64,000 bases of DNA from Alphaproteobacteria bacterium. GTDB lineage: Bacteria; Pseudomonadota; Alphaproteobacteria; SP197. Below, one piece after another: positions 41,149 to 52,492 of the stretch. The stretch is taken from the NCBI GenBank assembly GCA_964291265.2, contig OZ219747.1, positions 2,208,001-2,272,000 of the forward strand, read 5' to 3'. Within the stretch, counting starts at the first letter, position 1; each line of letters starts with the position of its first letter. Below the pieces are notes generated by a model. That model was not told the origin of the DNA, did not search any database, and saw only the letters and a program-made list of their open reading frames with translations. The position numbers and the translations under genes are program-made.

Positions 41149-42582
41149 CTACCCGTCGAGCGGCGGTCTCGTTGCGGAATCGCCGTAGAGCGGCATGGCA
41201 GACCCGATCGCATGGGCCACCCGGAACACGGTCTCTTCGTCGAAGGGGTTGCCGACGATCTGAATGCCCGTGGGGACCCCGTTGGAGTCGAAGCCCGAGG
41301 GGACGGACAGCACCGGCAGGCGGCTGAACGCGTTGAATGCCGGGGTCATGATGACACTGTGGATGTCATGGTTGACACCGCCGACGCTGACGGGCTGTTC
41401 CCAGTCCCTCAGGTCCGCCGGAATCGCGGTGGTTCCCACCGTCGGGCAGATGAAGACGTCGTGGCGCGCCAGGTCGGGCATGAACGTCAGCCAGGCGTTG
41501 CCGATCGCCTTCATGCAGTCGTGGAACATGCGGGGCGTATAGTGTTCGTTGCGTCGTGCGAAGGTCACCGTGTAGTCGCAGGCGAGGTCGGGATGGTGAT
41601 CCGCTGCATCGCTGAATTCATCGGCATAGATCATCCCTCCCCAGGCCGGGAAAGCGTCCAGCAGGTCCCCGGCCCACGGGGTGGCAATCTCTTCCGTGCC
41701 GGCTCCGCCAAGGGCCGTTTCGACGGTCCGCCGCGTGTTCCTCCTCACCGCGTGCGAGACGGCGTGGCAACCGAGATCCTCCGACCAGGCCACCTTCAGC
41801 CCCTCCACGCCTGCAGGACACTCGGACAACAGGGGAGCACCCGGAACATGTGCCGGGTCCCTTGCCCCATGGGGACTGTTGGCGATAGCGTTCTGCACGA
41901 GCGCGGCGTCGCCGCTGGTACGGGTCATGGGGCCGATGTGAAAGAAGGGATCCATCGCCACCTCGGGACTTCCGGGGTTGCGGCCGTAAGGTGGCTTGTA
42001 GCCGGTGATGCCGCACATGGCGGCCGGCATCCTGATGCTTCCGGCGCTGTCGGAACCGGTGGCAAGCGTCGTTGTTCCTGCAGCGACGGCGGCGGCAGCG
42101 CCGCCGGACGAGGCGCCGCACGTGATCGCCGTGTTCCATGGATTGCGCGTCACCCCGTGCAGGCGCGACGTGCAGGTCCAGGGCCAGACGAATTCCGGGC
42201 ACGTGGTGAGGGCATGGATGATCGCGCCCTCATCGACAAGGGCGGCAATGGTGGGATTGGTATGATCCGCCAGGTTGTCGGCGAAGATGAGGGATCCAAA
42301 GGTCCGGGGCTTGCCGAAAACAGCCGTATCTTCCTTGACCGCCAGCGTCAGGCCCTCAAGTCGTCCGGGACCGCCATCCTTCCCGGCATAGCGCGCTTCC
42401 GAGCGCCGTGCCGCTTCCAGGGCTTCATCGAAGAAGGTGTAGGCAAGGGCATTGACACGATCCTCGACCACGCTGGCACGAGCGATCTGTGCCTCGAGAA
42501 CGTCCACGGGCGAGAGCTCGCGGGTCCTGAACAGGCGCAAGGTCTCTCCGGCGTCAAGAAAGCAGAGATCGGTGTCGTTCAT
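41149..42582 (-). CDS. Amidase (amidase-signature family)
   Basis: AVKED, GASSGG, GSDSAGSIRMPA, GYKP. Confidence 0.92.
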   Translation of the reverse strand: MNDTDLCFLDAGETLRLFRTRELSPVDVLEAQIARASVVEDRVNALAYTFFDEALEAARRSEARYAGKDGGPGRLEGLTLAVKEDTAVFGKPRTFGSLIFADNLADHTNPTIAALVDEGAIIHALTTCPEFVWPWTCTSRLHGVTRNPWNTAITCGASSGGAAAAVAAGTTTLATGSDSAGSIRMPAAMCGITGYKPPYGRNPGSPEVAMDPFFHIGPMTRTSGDAALVQNAIANSPHGARDPAHVPGAPLLSECPAGVEGLKVAWSEDLGCHAVSHAVRRNTRRTVETALGGAGTEEIATPWAGDLLDAFPAWGGMIYADEFSDAADHHPDLACDYTVTFARRNEHYTPRMFHDCMKAIGNAWLTFMPDLARHDVFICPTVGTTAIPADLRDWEQPVSVGGVNHDIHSVIMTPAFNAFSRLPVLSVPSGFDSNGVPTGIQIVGNPFDEETVFRVAHAIGSAMPLYGDSATRPPLDG

Positions 42583-42644
42583 GGGTGGATGATCCGAAGC
42601 GGGAATGTTGCCACCAAACCACGAACCGCACACGGAATCGACCG

Positions 42645-43304
42645 GTGAAGGATCCCGGGCGTCGCCTTGCCGCCGAGTTCATCGGCACGGCCTTCCTTCT
42701 GGCGACCGTCGTCGGATCGGGCATCATGGCGGAGACGCTGTCGCCGGACAATGTCGGCGTTGCGCTTGCCGGAAACACCCTGGCGACGGCGGCCATGCTG
42801 GTCGTCCTGATTCTGGTCTATGGCCCCGTTTCGGGCGCCCACTTCAATCCGGCGGTCACCCTGGCCTTCGCCCTCAAGCGGGACATCACGGTGGGCGAGG
42901 CGGCGGGCTATGTCGTCGTCCAGGTGGCCGGCGCCCTTGCCGGCGCCATGCTCGCCCATGTCATGTTCGACCAGCCGCTTCTCCTTGCTTCGCAGCAGGA
43001 GCGCACGGGCCTGGGCCAGTGGACAGGAGAACTGGTGGCCACGTTCTCCCTGGTGGCCGCCATACTCGGCTGTCTGAAGTGGCGTCCGGATGCGGTGCCC
43101 TGGGCCGTTGGCCTGGCGATCGCCGGCGGATACTGGTACACCTCCTCGACCTCCTTCGCCAACCCGGCCGTCACCATGGCCCGCAGCCTGACGGACACCT
43201 TCTCCGGAATCCTTCCGGCCCACGCGCCGGCATTCATCGCGGCGCAGTGCGCCGGTGCCACCGCCGCCGTCCTGCTGATGGGCTGGCTCCTGCGGCGGAC
43301 GTGA
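42645..43304 (+). CDS. MIP/aquaporin family protein
   Basis: SGAHFNPAVT and YWYTSSTSFANPAVT. Confidence 0.9.
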   Translation: MKDPGRRLAAEFIGTAFLLATVVGSGIMAETLSPDNVGVALAGNTLATAAMLVVLILVYGPVSGAHFNPAVTLAFALKRDITVGEAAGYVVVQVAGALAGAMLAHVMFDQPLLLASQQERTGLGQWTGELVATFSLVAAILGCLKWRPDAVPWAVGLAIAGGYWYTSSTSFANPAVTMARSLTDTFSGILPAHAPAFIAAQCAGATAAVLLMGWLLRRT

Positions 43305-43322
43305 ACCAGAGGAGAATGCAGC

Positions 43323-45707
43323 ATGCGGTTCGCCATGGGCCAGCCCAACCCGAGAACCGAGGATCCTCGCCTCGTGACGGGTGGTGGACGCTATGCTGAT
43401 GACGTGAATCTCGATGGCCAGTTGTGGGGTGCGGTGCTGCGTTCACCCCATGCGCACGCTGCCATCGCCGGCATCGACTGTCGTGACGCCCGCTCCGTGC
43501 CCGGTGTGCGCCTTGTCCTGACCGCCGCCGACCTCGAGGCCGAGGGAATCGGTTCCCTGCCGTTCACCGGCGCCGTCACCAATCGGGACGGATCTCCCAT
43601 CGCGGCCATTCCGCACCCGGTTCTGGCAACCGGCAGGGTACGGCATGTCGGCGAACCGGTGGTTTTCGTGGTCGCGGAGTCGCGCGATGCGGCCCGTGAT
43701 GCATGTGAAGAAGTCCAGGTGGACTACCATCCGCTCGATGCCGTGACCGGCACCGCCGAGGCCCTTGGCGACGATGCGCCGCAACTGTGGAAGGAAGCGC
43801 CGGGCAACGTGGTGCTGGACTGGGAGGTGGGCGACTCCCGGGCGGCCCGCAGCGCCTTCGCTGCGGCGGACCGTGTGGTCGAACTCGAGGTGGTCAACAA
43901 TCGTGTGGTCGTCGCACCCCTGGAGCCGCGCGCCGCGATCGGCGACTACGAACCCGAGAGCGGACGCTTCGTCCTCCATACCTGTTCCCAGGGGACCCAC
44001 AAGCTCGCTGCCCCCCTGGCCAGGGACGTTCTCAAGGTGTCGGGAGACCGACTTCGCGTGCTGACGGGAGATGTCGGCGGCGCCTTCGGCATGAAGAACT
44101 TCCTGTTTCACGAGCATGTCCTCGTGCTGGTTGCGGCGCGGCGACTGCAGCGCCCGGTCAAGTGGACGGCGGATCGCAGCGAGAGCTTTGTCAGCGACCT
44201 GCAGGGCCGTGACCGTGTCATGAAGGGGCGGATGGCCTTCGACAGCGCCTGCCGGATCGTTGCCCTGGAGGTCGACGTCATGGCCAATTTCGGTGCCTAC
44301 GTTTCGCAGTTCATGCCGTTCGTGGCCACTCGGGCCGCCACCGCAATCCAGTCCATGGCCTACAGGATTCCGGCGATTCACACCCGGGTGCGCGGGGTGA
44401 TGACCAACACCGTGCCGATCGATGCCTACCGTGGGGCGGGGCGCCCGGAAACCGGGTTCATGGTCGAACGCCTGCTCGACCTCGCGGCGCGTCGTTTCGG
44501 ACTTTCCGGGAGCGCCATCCGCCGTCTCAATCACGTGCGCAAGGAGGACTTTCCCTGGGACACCGGTGTCGGTGTCATCTACGACTGCGGCGAATTCGCC
44601 AGCCATCTTGACCGGGCGCTCGACCATGCCGATGTCGTCGGTTTCCCGGCTCGCCGCGAAGAGGCAGCCCGTCGCAGCATGTTGCGCGGTCTCGGTGTCA
44701 CGGGCGTCTTCGACCGCTGCGGCGGCATGGGGCCGGACATGGTGGACCTCGACATCGACAGCGAGGGACATGTGGTTGTCAGGGTGGGAACGCAGACAAA
44801 CGGACAGGGCCACGAGACGGTCTACACGCAGATCATCGCCGATCGACTCAAGGTCGATTCGTCACGCATCCGCATTCTCCAGGGGGACAACGAACTGGTG
44901 CCCTTCGGTTCGGGCAACGGTGGTTCCAACTTCATCGCCATAGCCGGCAGCGCCTGTTTCATCGCCGTCGGCCATGCCATCGACAAGGGGCGGCGCATCA
45001 CGGCGCACCTCCTGGAGACGGCGGTGGAGGACATTGTCTTCGAGGACGGTGTCTTTCGCATCGACGGCACCGACCGGACACTGACCTTCGAGGAGGTGGC
45101 AGCGGCCGCCGGTGATCCCGCCGGCGTGATCGAAGGAGAGGAACCGGGCTGGCGGGTGAGCGGCACCTACAGGGCTCCGGACGGACCGGCCTTCCCCAAT
45201 GGCACCCACATCTGCGAACTCGAGGTCGACCCCGAAACCGGAGTGACGGAACTCAAGCGCTATGTCGCCGTGGACGATGCCGGAGTCGTCATCAATCCTC
45301 TGCTGGTTGACGGCCAGATGCACGGTGGTGTGGCCCAGGGTATCGGTCAGGCCCTGGCCGAGGAGGCTCTCTATGATCCCGCATCGGGGCAGCTGCTCAC
45401 GGGTTCCTTCCTCGACTACCAGCTTCCCAGGGCAAGCGATCTCGTCATGATCGAAACCGATCGCATCGAGGTGCCGACAACACGCAATGTTCTCGGCGCC
45501 AAGGGTGTCGGCGAAACCGGGGCGATCGGTGGTCCCCCGGCCGTCATCAACGCGCTGGTGGACGCCCTGGCGCCCCTTGACATCGATCACATCGACATGC
45601 CGGCCACGCCGCTCAAGGTGTGGCGGGCGATCAGGAGTGCTTCCGCGACCGCCTGTCGCGGCCACGGAAGGGAACATGAGAACCACAACCGGGACAATCG
45701 CCGATGA
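43323..45707 (+). CDS. Xanthine dehydrogenase-family molybdopterin-binding large subunit (CoxL-like)
   Basis: EDPRLVTG, RSPHAHA, VGGAFG, AYRGAGRPE, GQGHET, GQMHGG, KGVGE. Confidence 0.92.
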   Translation: MRFAMGQPNPRTEDPRLVTGGGRYADDVNLDGQLWGAVLRSPHAHAAIAGIDCRDARSVPGVRLVLTAADLEAEGIGSLPFTGAVTNRDGSPIAAIPHPVLATGRVRHVGEPVVFVVAESRDAARDACEEVQVDYHPLDAVTGTAEALGDDAPQLWKEAPGNVVLDWEVGDSRAARSAFAAADRVVELEVVNNRVVVAPLEPRAAIGDYEPESGRFVLHTCSQGTHKLAAPLARDVLKVSGDRLRVLTGDVGGAFGMKNFLFHEHVLVLVAARRLQRPVKWTADRSESFVSDLQGRDRVMKGRMAFDSACRIVALEVDVMANFGAYVSQFMPFVATRAATAIQSMAYRIPAIHTRVRGVMTNTVPIDAYRGAGRPETGFMVERLLDLAARRFGLSGSAIRRLNHVRKEDFPWDTGVGVIYDCGEFASHLDRALDHADVVGFPARREEAARRSMLRGLGVTGVFDRCGGMGPDMVDLDIDSEGHVVVRVGTQTNGQGHETVYTQIIADRLKVDSSRIRILQGDNELVPFGSGNGGSNFIAIAGSACFIAVGHAIDKGRRITAHLLETAVEDIVFEDGVFRIDGTDRTLTFEEVAAAAGDPAGVIEGEEPGWRVSGTYRAPDGPAFPNGTHICELEVDPETGVTELKRYVAVDDAGVVINPLLVDGQMHGGVAQGIGQALAEEALYDPASGQLLTGSFLDYQLPRASDLVMIETDRIEVPTTRNVLGAKGVGETGAIGGPPAVINALVDALAPLDIDHIDMPATPLKVWRAIRSASATACRGHGREHENHNRDNRR

Positions 45708-46867
45708 TTCCCTCGTCAGAGTTTGCCGGACGCCGGGCCCGGGCCCGGCAGGCGGTGCGAGAGGCGGGCCTTGCCGGCCTCCTCGTCTGTTCGCGCGGCG
45801 GTGGCACCACCGACCGCTACGCCGATGTCAAGTACCTCACCAACTTCTACACGCGGTTTCCCTATATTCCGGATGTGCCCGGCGAGTGGAGGGGAAGGGC
45901 CCACGCGTTCGTCGTCCTGCCGGCCGACGGTGAGCCCGTCCTCGTGGCCGATGACCGGCCGAACCGCGACTCGGACCTGGCGGTCGGCGATGTCACGGTG
46001 ACCGGTGACGTGACGGGCGCGGTCATCGCCGCAATGCGGAATGCCGGGCTTGCCGGGGGACGGGTCGGCGTCGCCGGGTCCGACACCCTGCCGTGGAGCC
46101 TCCACAGCGCCTTGGCAGAGGCCCTGCCGGAGGTCGCCTGGGTACCGGCGGACGACATTTTGGGTCGCCTGCGCATGGTGAAGTCCCCGAGCGAGATCGC
46201 GATGCTGCGTCGTGCTTCGCATATCGGCAGCCGGGCGACCGAGGCTATGCTGGAGAGGGCGGTGCCCGGGGTCACCCACGGCGAGGTGGTGGCCGCAGGG
46301 ATGGAGGTTCTCGTCATGGCCGGGGGCATTCTCTACAACGCGTTCATGTCCTCCGGGAAGGGCGGCAACGATCCGGTCACCGTGGCGAGCAGTTTTCCGA
46401 CCTGGGGATCCGACGACGTGCTGGAGGACGGCGACTGGTTTCATGTGGGGATTTCGGGCGCCGTTGACGGCTACTACTTCGATCATGCCCGCTCGAAGCC
46501 GGTCGGCCACGCCACCGCCGAACAGATCCGCGTCTTCGAGGCGCCGCTCCTCGCTGTCAGGGAGGCGATGGCAGGCATCCGTCCCGGCGTGACGGCCGCC
46601 GACATCGCCCGTGCCGGCCGCGAGAAACTCGAGAGCCTGGGTTTCGAACTCGAGGGTTCCTTCAAGGGATTCGGTCACGGTATCGGTCTTGGCTGGGATT
46701 CGCCGTGGCTGGTGGAAAGCGATCACACCCCCATCGAGGAGAACATGGTGCTGTGCGTCGAACGCAGCGTCCGTCACATGGGCTATGTCGGTGATTTCGA
46801 GGAGACCGTCGTGGTCACGAAAGGCGGCTGCGAACTCCTCACCGACGCCCGCGTACGCTGGTGGTAG
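45704..46867 (+). CDS. M24 family (Xaa-Pro peptidase/creatinase-like) protein
   Basis: RMVKSPSEI, GYYFD, GHGIGL, EETVVV; ATGA overlap with upstream gene. Confidence 0.85.
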   Translation: MIPSSEFAGRRARARQAVREAGLAGLLVCSRGGGTTDRYADVKYLTNFYTRFPYIPDVPGEWRGRAHAFVVLPADGEPVLVADDRPNRDSDLAVGDVTVTGDVTGAVIAAMRNAGLAGGRVGVAGSDTLPWSLHSALAEALPEVAWVPADDILGRLRMVKSPSEIAMLRRASHIGSRATEAMLERAVPGVTHGEVVAAGMEVLVMAGGILYNAFMSSGKGGNDPVTVASSFPTWGSDDVLEDGDWFHVGISGAVDGYYFDHARSKPVGHATAEQIRVFEAPLLAVREAMAGIRPGVTAADIARAGREKLESLGFELEGSFKGFGHGIGLGWDSPWLVESDHTPIEENMVLCVERSVRHMGYVGDFEETVVVTKGGCELLTDARVRWW

Positions 46868-47681
46868 AGTTCCCTGTTCAAGCCCGTCTTGCCACTCGGG
46901 AACCACTTGCGGCCGACGCAGATCGAAGCGGGTGGGCATGGTTGAGGTCGCCAGGCCGAGCGGCGGCGCCTGCAACCGTTTGTTTGACAGCAATCTGGGA
47001 TCAAAGTTATTCAAATCCAGACGCTAACTCTTGATTGTGGCGCATCGTATTCTCGTGAGCTTAACAAGACGCTGACTGCACGCGACCTGACGGGACCCCA
47101 TTTCAGATTCTGACGTGAAGTCTTGACAAGGCCACGTCACGCCGCGTTCCCCAGGGTGAGGAATGTTCCGCATGGACAGGAGCGAAACCGGCCGATACGA
47201 ATCCATCGTCGTCAGCGGCGAGACGGTGCGGGCTTTCGTCCCGGCGCCCCTGCCGCCTGCGCCCGCCCTGGCCTGGCCATTCTGCAACCCCGTCTGGAGC
47301 GGGCCTTGCTTGCGCTTGGACGCCTGGACAGCCTGTCCACGCTGCTGCCCGACATCGGCCTCTTTCTCTACACATACGTGCGCAAGGAAGCGGTCCTCTC
47401 CTCCAGGATCGAAGGGACAAAGTCCTCGTTGTCCGATCTGTTGCTGTTCGAGATGGATGAAGTCCCCGGCGTTCCGTTCGACGATGTCGCGGAGGTCTCA
47501 AGCTACGTGGCAGCCCTGGAGCATGGGTGTAACTACCCAGGTACCTCGTCAGGTCTGAGTCTGTGTTGACGTTGGTTGCGTTGGGTGCGGTTTTGGTGTC
47601 GTCGGTTTGTTGATTCTGCGCGTCTTGACTTACTAGGCCGGTGAGCCTATGAGTTGCCCTCTGTCATGAGGGGAGCGGCCG

Positions 47682-48350
47682 TTGGGGTACTTCGGATCGA
47701 AGGCGACGCCGGGTTTGTGCCAGGCGCTGATTGCGATGATGCCGCCGCACTCTGTCTACATTGAGAGCCATCTGGGGGGCGGAGCGCTGATGAATCGCAA
47801 GCCTGCGTCTGTGCGCTCGATCGGGATTGACCGTGATGAGCGTGCGCTTGAGGCCTTTGAGTGCGCTTATCCGGTGGAGTTGGTGCACGGCTGTGCTCAC
47901 TCCTTCCTGGCTTCGTTCCCGTTTCTGGGTCCGGAGCTGGTCTACAGCGATCCGCCCTATCTGCACGCGACGCGGCGTTCGTTGCAGCGCTACCGCTTCG
48001 AGTACGAGGAGGCGGACCATGTTGCGCTCCTTGAACTGCTCAAGGGCCTGCCCTGTCAGGTGATGGTCTCGGGCCACCCGTCTGCGCTCTATGACGATCT
48101 TCTGGCGGGCTGGCGCCGGGTGGCGCTGCAGGTGACGACCCAGGCCCAGGTGCGGACCGAGGTGGTATGGTTCAACTTTGCTCCCGACCGGGTGCACTGG
48201 TCGCGCTACGCGGGGCGGAACTTCACCGCCCGCCAGTGCATCAAGCGCAAGGCGGCCAACTGGGGGCGGCGCTACGAGGCCATGCCGCCGGGGGAACGTC
48301 TGGCCGTGCTGGCGGCGATCATGGCCGTCGAGGCCGGGGAGGGTTCGTGA
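47682..48350 (+). CDS. N6-adenine DNA methyltransferase (Dam/D12-like), 222 aa, intact
   Basis: GYFGSK, ESHLGGGA, YSDPPY, VMVSG, RTEVVWFNF; GGAG RBS, TTG start. Confidence 0.9.
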   Translation: MGYFGSKATPGLCQALIAMMPPHSVYIESHLGGGALMNRKPASVRSIGIDRDERALEAFECAYPVELVHGCAHSFLASFPFLGPELVYSDPPYLHATRRSLQRYRFEYEEADHVALLELLKGLPCQVMVSGHPSALYDDLLAGWRRVALQVTTQAQVRTEVVWFNFAPDRVHWSRYAGRNFTARQCIKRKAANWGRRYEAMPPGERLAVLAAIMAVEAGEGS

Positions 48351-49737
48351 CCGTCTCGCGCTGGCGCGAGGACATCGCCGCCCAGGACGAGGCTTTCACG
48401 TGCCTTCAGGACCTGTTCAGTCCACACTCCTTCGCCGTGACTGCCGTCAAGGCCCTCCGGGATTGGGGCCAGGGGATGTTGCGCCTGAGTGAGGCGCTGG
48501 TCGGGGAGATCGAGGCGCTGGAGCGGGAGAACACCGGCTTGCGCGAACGGATTGATGCACTCGAGCGCAGCGCCGCGCTCGACAGCTCCACCAGCTCCAA
48601 GCCACCGGCCAGCGACGGTCCGAAGAAGAAGAGCGGAAACCGACAGAAGCGCACCCGGAGCCAGCGCGGCAAGTCCGACAGGCCCAGTGGCGGTCAGCGC
48701 GGCCACGAGGGAGTCACCCTGAAGCAGGCCGAGAACCCGGACCACGTCGTCGATCATGCTCCGTCTGCCTGTAAGGGCTGCGGCGCGCCGCTGTCGGATG
48801 ATGACCGTCACGCAGAACCCGTCTGTCGGCAGGTCTTCGACATGCCCGAGCCGTAGCCCCTCGAGGTCACCGAACATCGCGCCCATCGCTGTCTCTGCGC
48901 CGCCTGCGGCGCTGTGACAACAGCCGCCTTCCCGCACGGCGTGAGCGCCCCGGTCCAGTACGGGCCGCGCATCACCGCCTGGGTGACCTACCTGTTGCAC
49001 GCCCAGTTCATTCCCGAGAAGCGCGTCGCCGAGGTCATGAGCGACCTCTTCGCCGTCAGGATCTCAACCGCCACCATCGCCGCCATGGGCAGGCGCACCG
49101 CCCGGCGCTTCGAGAGCTTCCTCGATCATGTCGCAGAGATCATCCGCACCCAAGCACCGGTCAAACACCTCGACGAGACCGGCATCCGCATCAACGGCCA
49201 GACCCACTGGCTCCATGTGCTGTGCACCCCCTTGCTCACCATCCTGCGCATCGCCACCGGGCGCAAACACATCGACGAGACACTCAACGGCATCGTCATC
49301 CATGACGACTTGGTGTTGATGGCTGCATAGAACGGCGGGATTTCGGCGATTTGCCGCGCTTTGTCAGGGTCGTGTTTCTTCCCTGTTGTTAGGTCCTATT
49401 GTCACGTCCTGTTGTCGTGGTTTGAGTGTTCGGCTGGTTGTCTCCCCGAGCGCCGCCGTCTTTTCCTATTGTCGTTTTGGTCCGGTTCGGGTTCCGTCGA
49501 CCTCTGCTTCGGTCTTGGTGACGGTTGCCGGGAGGGTTCCGGTTCCGAGGCACTCGCGGGATCGTCTGTCTTCCCTGTGGGCGGGTCGCGTTGTCCGGTC
49601 CCGGGGCGGCGTTTTTGCCGCCGCCCCGGGTGGATGCTAGATCGGCATCAAGAGAAAGAGCGATGCGATGCCGGGCGGAGTTGTGACGCCCCCCGGCGCA
49701 GCACCCGGACGAGCCGGTCACGGGGGACCGAACTCCC

Positions 49738-50268
49738 GTGTATTGTCGAGCCATTTTGCGTCCGGGTCCACCCCCGCTCTCGAGACGGACGGTGTGCACG
49801 ACAGGACGACTGTTCAACTGCAGGCGGTGTCAGCGGCAGGTTGTTCTCTGCCGGTCGTGTGACCGGGGGCATGTGTATTGCTCCAAGGAGTGCAGGGAGC
49901 GGTCCCGGATCGAGCGGCGCCGCGCGTCGCGTCGTCGCTACCAGAGCACGCTGAAGGGCCGTGAGACGGGCCGTCACCGCCAGCGGCGTTACCGGCTCCG
50001 CAAGGCGGAGGAGGCGCGTGCGTTGAAGGCCAGGGCGGCGATGGTTGCCGAGATCATGGACACGCAGACGTCTGCTGTGGTGCTGCTTGGCGACGTTCCG
50101 GCGGTGTCTGGAGACGCCGGTTCTGAAGAAATCGTTACGGACCACCCTTCCCGACTGCTGCCGACCTCCCTACCTGCGGTTGTGAAGGCGCAAGAGCGAC
50201 GCGAATCGCCGCTTCGGTGCGCCCGGTGCGGACGGGTCGTGACGCATGTGGTGCTGAGGGACCTGTGA
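49738..50268 (+). CDS. Cys-rich putative Zn-finger protein upstream of istA
   Basis: Same as 20418-20948. Confidence 0.65.
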   Translation: MYCRAILRPGPPPLSRRTVCTTGRLFNCRRCQRQVVLCRSCDRGHVYCSKECRERSRIERRRASRRRYQSTLKGRETGRHRQRRYRLRKAEEARALKARAAMVAEIMDTQTSAVVLLGDVPAVSGDAGSEEIVTDHPSRLLPTSLPAVVKAQERRESPLRCARCGRVVTHVVLRDL

Positions 50269-50300
50269 TGCGGCGTTGAGGAACCAAAGGGAGGGAGTTC

Positions 50301-51794
50301 ATGGCGATCGACGAGGACACGCGGGCGACGATCGTGCGGCTGTCGCGGGCCGAGGGCTGGGCTGTGGGGACGATTGCCCGGCATCTCGGCGTGCACCACG
50401 GCACGGTGACGCGGGCGCTCAAGGCGTCGGGGCAGGAGCGGCGGCCGCGGGCCAAGCTCATCGACCCCTTCGTTGCCTTCCTCGGGGAGCGTCTTGAGGC
50501 GTCGCCGGACCTTCCGGCCAGCACGCTCTGGCGACAGGTCGTGGCCCTGGGCTACCGCGGCGGCGAGGATCACTTCCGTCACGACCTGCGCCGCCTCGGG
50601 CTGAGGCCGGTGAAGAGGCCCGAGCCGTCACTGCGGCTGAGCTTCCTTCCGGGCGAGCAGGCGCAGGTTGACTGGGCCGAGTTCGGGAAGGTCCGCATCG
50701 GCCGGGCGGAGCGCAGGCTCATGGGGCTTCTCGTCACCCTCAGCTACTCGCGCCAGACTGTCCTGAGCCTGTTCCACGACGCGCGGATGGCCAGCTTCCT
50801 GCAAGGCCATGTCGAGGCTTTCGCGGCATTCGGGGGTGTGCCGCGGAGGCTTCTGTACGACAACCTGAAGAGTGCCGTGGTGACGCGCCGCGGCAAGGCG
50901 GTCACCTATCATCCGATGCTGCTCGGCCTCGCGGCCCACTATGCCTTCGAACCGAGCGCCGCCTGGCCCAGGAGCCCGCAGGAGAAGGGCCGCGTGGAAC
51001 GCCGTGTGCGCTTCGCGCGCACCGGGTTCTTCGCCGGGCGCGACATCACGGTCCCGCTCGGCGAGCTCAACGCCGCAGTTCGGGAGTGGTGCTTCGGCGC
51101 CGCCGCGGAGCGGCCCTGGCCGGACGACGACAGTCTCCTGGTGCGGGACGCCTTCGCCCGGGAGAGGGAGCACCTGATCGTCCTTCCCGCCGATCCCTTC
51201 CCGCATCACGAGGTCCGCCCGGTGCGCATCGACAAGACCTGCCACGCCCGCTTCGACACCAACGACTACAGCGTTCCGGGTAGCTTCTCCAAGGCCCTGC
51301 TGACGCTGGTCGCCGACCGCGACGAGGTTCGCATCCTCGACGGCGCCGACGAGGTCGCGCGCCACCGACGCTCCTACGACAGGAAGCAGGCCGTCACCGA
51401 TCCGGAGCATGCCAGGGCGATCGCCGCGGGCAAGCGGCGGGCCCGCTCCATGAGCGTCCGCGACCGGGTCCTGCGCACCGTGCCGCGGGCCGAGGAGATG
51501 CTGGCGCGCGCCGGGACCAACGGGCGCAACGTGGCCTCCTGCGCCCGGATGCTGGAGACGCTTCTCAACGCGCACGGCGCCGACGCTCTCGACCGGGCTG
51601 TCGCCACGGCGCTGGAGCGCGGCTCGTGCCACCCCGAAACCGTGCGCGTCATCATCGAGGAGCGCCGCCGGGAGCAGGGCCTGCCGCCCCTCAGCATCGC
51701 CGACGACGGCCGCGGCGGCCGTGGCACGACGCCGCGGGGGACCGCTCTCGACGCCTACGACAGGCCCGAAGCCAGCGCCAGGAACAAGACATGA
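50301..51794 (+). CDS. istA: IS21 transposase IstA
   Basis: QVDW, YDNLKS, KGRVE; GGAG RBS. Confidence 0.93.
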   Translation: MAIDEDTRATIVRLSRAEGWAVGTIARHLGVHHGTVTRALKASGQERRPRAKLIDPFVAFLGERLEASPDLPASTLWRQVVALGYRGGEDHFRHDLRRLGLRPVKRPEPSLRLSFLPGEQAQVDWAEFGKVRIGRAERRLMGLLVTLSYSRQTVLSLFHDARMASFLQGHVEAFAAFGGVPRRLLYDNLKSAVVTRRGKAVTYHPMLLGLAAHYAFEPSAAWPRSPQEKGRVERRVRFARTGFFAGRDITVPLGELNAAVREWCFGAAAERPWPDDDSLLVRDAFAREREHLIVLPADPFPHHEVRPVRIDKTCHARFDTNDYSVPGSFSKALLTLVADRDEVRILDGADEVARHRRSYDRKQAVTDPEHARAIAAGKRRARSMSVRDRVLRTVPRAEEMLARAGTNGRNVASCARMLETLLNAHGADALDRAVATALERGSCHPETVRVIIEERRREQGLPPLSIADDGRGGRGTTPRGTALDAYDRPEASARNKT

Positions 51795-52492
51795 GCGAGC
51801 TCAGGGAGCGTGCCCGGGCGCTCGGCCTCCACGGGCTCGTCGAACGCTGGGACGAGGTCGCCGGGACCGCATGGATCGAGGAGGTGGTCAGCGGCGAGGA
51901 ACAGGCCCGCAGGGCCCGCAGCCACGAGCGCCGCCGCGCCGCGGCGCGGCTGCCCGCCTTCAAGCCCCTGGCGGACTTCGACTGGACATGGCCGCGCGAC
52001 ATCAGCCGGGCTCATGTCGAAGCGCTCCTCGGCCTCGGCTTCGTCGACCGTGCGGACAACGCCGTGCTCGTCGGCGGGCAGGGCACCGGAAAGACCATGA
52101 TCGCTGCCAACGTGGCTCACCAGGCCCTGCTGCACGGCCACACCGTCCGCTTCGAGAAGGCGCCGGAACTGCTCGAGGCACTCGCCGAGACCGTCTCGCG
52201 CAGCGAGCTGCGCCGCCGCCTCGCGATCCTCGCCAGGCCCCGCCTGCTCGTCCTCGACGAAATCGGCTACGTGACCCTCGAAAGCCACCATGCCGACATC
52301 CTCTACGCCATCGTCTCGCGGCGCTATCAGCGCCGCTCGACCATGGTCACGACAAGCCTCGCCTTCGCCCAGTGGGACCGCGTCTTCCCCAGCGCCTCCG
52401 GCATCGCCGGCACCGTCGACCGGCTCATGCACGACGCAACCCTCATCTCCATCGACAGCGACTCCTGGCGGCTCAGGCGTGAAACCCGATAA
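51791..52492 (+). CDS. istB: IS21 helper ATPase IstB
   Basis: Walker A and B; ATGA overlap with istA. Confidence 0.92.
   Translation: MSELRERARALGLHGLVERWDEVAGTAWIEEVVSGEEQARRARSHERRRAAARLPAFKPLADFDWTWPRDISRAHVEALLGLGFVDRADNAVLVGGQGTGKTMIAANVAHQALLHGHTVRFEKAPELLEALAETVSRSELRRRLAILARPRLLVLDEIGYVTLESHHADILYAIVSRRYQRRSTMVTTSLAFAQWDRVFPSASGIAGTVDRLMHDATLISIDSDSWRLRRETR

Noticed and set aside
43323-45707. True aerobic CO dehydrogenase (form I CoxL)
   Set aside because: Active-site loop is AYRGAGR, not AYxCSFR; coxM and coxS are absent
47682-48350. Restriction-modification system
   Set aside because: No endonuclease or specificity subunit; the MTase lies inside IS66 TIRs
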